Origin: an uncultured virus (IMG/VR IMGVR_UViG_3300042356_001097) | Taxonomy: Duplodnaviria > Heunggongvirae > Uroviricota > Caudoviricetes | Length of the DNA stretch: 64,000 nt | IMG/VR virus record: IMGVR_UViG_3300042356_001097 | Strand: one strand, 5' to 3' | In this document: positions 61,110 to 64,000 of the stretch, piece after piece | Numbering within the stretch: the first letter of the stretch is position 1 | Layout of the letters: each line of letters starts with the position of its first letter | The notes under the pieces: generated by a model | The model's database searches: none | The model's input: the letters and a program-made list of their open reading frames with translations, nothing else | Told to the model about the DNA's origin: nothing | Translations under genes and position numbers: made by a program

Positions 61110-62456
61110 TTAATTTACCCTAAATTCATCTATTGTGTATCCTTGGCTTGCGTTTGAAGCTCTTGAAATTATACCATGATCTTTTGACTTTTGTCCAGTA
61201 TTTGTTGTAGTTAGGTCTGATCCAACTTGGGAAGAATAATTTACATCTGAATAAGCTTGAGCTGTAACACTATTGCCATCTGTGGTCACCTTAATGCCAG
61301 CAATTGCTGTAGTTGAATTGCTTGTTGAGGATATAACTGTTTCTGAACCGCCTTCTTTTTTAATTAAATCTATTTTATGATGGTCTGCACAGTTGCAATT
61401 ATAAGTGTAGGATGAAGCACATCCGCAAGATGCATTTGGTCCATAGGAATATCCGTCGCAGTATTGGCACTGATTATATGCTCCACAAACTGTGCATGAA
61501 GTATATCCTGTACAATATTGACATGAATTATTTGCAGCACAAACTGTACAGCTTGTGTAAGATGTACAGCATGACTGTTGTGAATATCCTGTACAAACTG
61601 TACAACTTCCATATGCAACACATTGTTGGCAGCTACCGTACACTGCACAATATGATCCCGAGCATTCGCTGTATGAAGAGCATGTTGTGCATGTTCCATA
61701 ACTAAAGCATAATGTTACTGCACAAAATGTTGGCTGGCCACAAACAACTCCGCCTTTGTATGAATTATAAACATATGCGGCACAGCAAAAATTACCATAG
61801 TATGTATAGTACTCTGTACAACAACTACTTGTCGTATAGCCAGTGCAGCATGTATAGTAAAATGGAACACTTGCTATGCAGCACTCATAATTTGAATAAG
61901 CAACACAGCATGTTTGTGTTCCATATGAGGAGCATACGGTACATGTTCCATATCCATTGCAGCAACTTGTTGTAGTATATGAAGCACATCCGCAACTTCC
62001 GTCTGGTCCATAATTGTATTGGTTGCAGCATGTAGTCTGAGTATATGAAGCACAACCACAAGATGCATTAGACCCATAGGCGTATGAGCTACAATAAGAA
62101 CAGCTATTGTACTGTCCGCATGCTGAACAAGTTTGACAAATATTTGTTGTATTTTTTACTACCGCCCAATAGTTCCCAGAGTCTGTTACCCAAAAAGCTG
62201 GGCCTACACCCGATGCTGGATTTTTTGCTTTAATACTTGCATTTGTAGATGAAAATGTTGTTGAAATTAATGAACCTAATGCAACAGATGTTCCTTTTCC
62301 TGCAGCAATTGTCCAACCAGCAACTACATGCTTCCATTTTGCGGAAGTCAATCCTGCATTTACTAGCGTCAGTCTACCAAAATCTTCTACAAGAGAAAGC
62401 AATGCTTTTAGCCTTGAGACGGATGCGCTATGTCTTCTTCTGGGTCCTCTTGGCAT
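61110..62456 (-). CDS. beta-sandwich protein with a 250-aa, 50-Cys insertion (putative fibre tip)
   Basis: TAATG-coupled start MPRG at 62456; Cys-free flanks GVGPAFWVTDSGNYWAV and KIDLIK...HGII...IDEF. Confidence 0.75.
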   Translation of the reverse strand: MPRGPRRRHSASVSRLKALLSLVEDFGRLTLVNAGLTSAKWKHVVAGWTIAAGKGTSVALGSLISTTFSSTNASIKAKNPASGVGPAFWVTDSGNYWAVVKNTTNICQTCSACGQYNSCSYCSSYAYGSNASCGCASYTQTTCCNQYNYGPDGSCGCASYTTTSCCNGYGTCTVCSSYGTQTCCVAYSNYECCIASVPFYYTCCTGYTTSSCCTEYYTYYGNFCCAAYVYNSYKGGVVCGQPTFCAVTLCFSYGTCTTCSSYSECSGSYCAVYGSCQQCVAYGSCTVCTGYSQQSCCTSYTSCTVCAANNSCQYCTGYTSCTVCGAYNQCQYCDGYSYGPNASCGCASSYTYNCNCADHHKIDLIKKEGGSETVISSTSNSTTAIAGIKVTTDGNSVTAQAYSDVNYSSQVGSDLTTTNTGQKSKDHGIISRASNASQGYTIDEFRVN

Positions 62457-63769
62457 TATGCAGTTGTATCTCCTGTAACCAACCAGGAGTTTGCTGCTCT
62501 TTTTTCTAACATAATCGTGCTCCACTGAACTCTTGATTTAAATTGAGAATCTGTTCCCTGCATTGTTACCGCTGCATCTTTTGTTATAGTGACTTGCCCA
62601 GTTCCGATTTGTCTGACTTCAACCATTGATCCAATTGGCCATCCTGCATCTTGGGTATCATTTGGAATTGTAATTGTGCAAGCAACGCTGCATTCAAGAA
62701 GGGTGTTTTTATCTGTTGCAGAACTAATTGTCCGTGTTGCAGATGATACTGGAATATAAGTAATCAAGGCTTTTGTATTATCAGAGGTATTGTCTACATT
62801 TGAAAGACCAACCATGTCTTTTGTGATTCCGCCTACCGTTCCAGTAAAGGTTGGTGAAGCAATTGGGGCTTTATTACCTAGAGCGGTAGTAATAGTTGCT
62901 GCGTATGAAGCATCATCATTTATTGCTGCCGCAAGTTCATTTAAAGTGTTTAATGTTTCTGGGGCAGAATCTAAAAGATTTGATACTGCTGTAGTAACAT
63001 AAGACTGTGTAGCAAAATCTCCATCTGTTAATGCTGCATTAAATTCAGCCAGGGTTCCACTAAGAGTATTTCCTCCTACTGATATAATAAGTCTCGTTCC
63101 GCCACTAGTTGTTACTATTCCTGATACATATCCTATTCCAGAATTTACTACAGAAATAACTCCTTCTGCGCTAATGCTTATTCTACCGCCCCGATCAAGA
63201 CCTGCCTGATAAATTGCTATATCGCTTTGCCCAAAAAATCCAGATATGTTATCGTATTGAGCAATTGATGTAATCCCAGTTCCAAGACCAATTGTTTTGT
63301 TTGTTAGAGTTTGAGCTAAAGTATTTCTTGTAATTTCTGCTGGTATTTCAGAATCTGGGATTTTACCCGTTTCATCAAGTGAGGCAACTCCGTCTGCATT
63401 TCCAACAATACTAAGAGGTACATAGCTTGCTGCTGACGTGCTACCTAAACCAGAAACGGCGGTATCGACATAAGTCTTATTAGCAATAGTGCTATCAACT
63501 GCAAGGGTAATTGTATTTGCAGTATCGTTATAACTTTTTGTTATTCCTGTTCCAGCTGTGATTGCAGATTCAACTGCATCTTGAGCAAGCTCTGAAAGTT
63601 CGCTTGGCAAAATATTAATATATGGAAGAGATGTCCACAAGCTTGTGCCATTGCCAACTTTTAATTTATTTAATGTTAAATCTAGTCCTAGTTCACCAGA
63701 TTCTAAAATTTTAGTAGATGAATTCCATTGGGTAGTTGTGCCTCTTCTTATTCTTATTCTAGATGCCAT
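62456..63769 (-). CDS. fibre protein with Mtd N-terminal-like domain and C-terminal adaptor
   Basis: RIRIRRGTTTQW...LESGELG...KVGNG..W..LPY; APETLNTLNELAAA; TIP...PIG..QIG.GQVT...W.V.GD. Confidence 0.75.
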   Translation of the reverse strand: MASRIRIRRGTTTQWNSSTKILESGELGLDLTLNKLKVGNGTSLWTSLPYINILPSELSELAQDAVESAITAGTGITKSYNDTANTITLAVDSTIANKTYVDTAVSGLGSTSAASYVPLSIVGNADGVASLDETGKIPDSEIPAEITRNTLAQTLTNKTIGLGTGITSIAQYDNISGFFGQSDIAIYQAGLDRGGRISISAEGVISVVNSGIGYVSGIVTTSGGTRLIISVGGNTLSGTLAEFNAALTDGDFATQSYVTTAVSNLLDSAPETLNTLNELAAAINDDASYAATITTALGNKAPIASPTFTGTVGGITKDMVGLSNVDNTSDNTKALITYIPVSSATRTISSATDKNTLLECSVACTITIPNDTQDAGWPIGSMVEVRQIGTGQVTITKDAAVTMQGTDSQFKSRVQWSTIMLEKRAANSWLVTGDTTA

Positions 63770-64000
63770 TTTCTATCATCACAACCTTTCCCTCAAGACA
63801 ACAATTGTCTCCTCCGCTAAGAGTTTCAATTGCCATGTTGTAAGAATGCTCAAGAAAATCTTCTCTTCCAGTAGCCCAATTAATATTAAGTAGTTTTACT
63901 GTTTTATTTTCAGAAATGTTTTTAATAGTAAGATTTAGTAAAGGAGATGTTTCACTATCCTCTACTTCCCATTCCCAATTCCCTGTAGTTTCTATTGTCA
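63759..64000 (-). CDS. hypothetical protein, 5' end at the window edge
   Basis: Hand-translated open frame TIETTGNWEWEVED...DNCCLEGKVVMIENGI*. Confidence 0.55.
   Translation of the reverse strand, partial: TIETTGNWEWEVEDSETSPLLNLTIKNISENKTVKLLNINWATGREDFLEHSYNMAIETLSGGDNCCLEGKVVMIENGI

Noticed and set aside
61110..62456. Cys-rich protein as eukaryotic contamination or a simple metallothionein
   Set aside because: It is translationally coupled to phage fibre genes, and the Cys tract is an ordered insert within a beta-rich domain.
46639..63769. Diversity-generating retroelement (Mtd-like N-terminus, paralogous tips)
   Set aside because: No reverse transcriptase and no TR/VR pair with adenine-specific differences is visible. 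Paralog divergence is general, and the Mtd N-terminal domain is only an anchor.
382..63893. Other plus-strand ORFs and nested alternative-frame ORFs in the track
   Set aside because: They overlap coherent minus-strand genes and show no recognisable motifs or initiation signals.
1..64000. Stop-codon reassignment
   Set aside because: Standard code gives dense full-length genes, and TAA, TAG and TGA all occur at sensible gene ends.

Overview
The window is a 64 kb segment of an AT-rich tailed dsDNA phage with siphovirus-type morphogenesis genes. Every credible gene is on the minus strand. In transcription order (right to left) it contains: (1) a ~27 kb block of accessory fibre, adhesin and receptor-binding genes (64000-36606); (2) head and tail morphogenesis genes (36549-8907): portal, protease/scaffold, major capsid, head-tail connectors, major tail, a -1 frameshifted tail chaperone, a 3151-aa tape measure and minor tail proteins; (3) a replication module (8818-1): metallophosphoesterase, DnaB, primase, SSB, DnaE and a MazG-like start. 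Gene order and several leaderless promoters suggest an actinobacterial host (inference). Three observations stand out. First, a putative fibre-tip protein carries a 250-aa, 50-Cys insert whose inter-Cys spacings mirror each other around a central loop (25 Cys out, 25 back), followed by a cassette of candidate maturation genes. Second, the tape measure carries kinase-like, ADP-ribosyltransferase-like and unknown cargo domains delimited by recurring xxxGG motifs. Third, a ~520-aa receptor-binding-like family is present in three copies, with duplicated adaptors and chaperones. I saw no tRNA, CRISPR array, integrase, terminase, lysin or reverse transcriptase. All family assignments come from motif recognition by eye, not from database searches.
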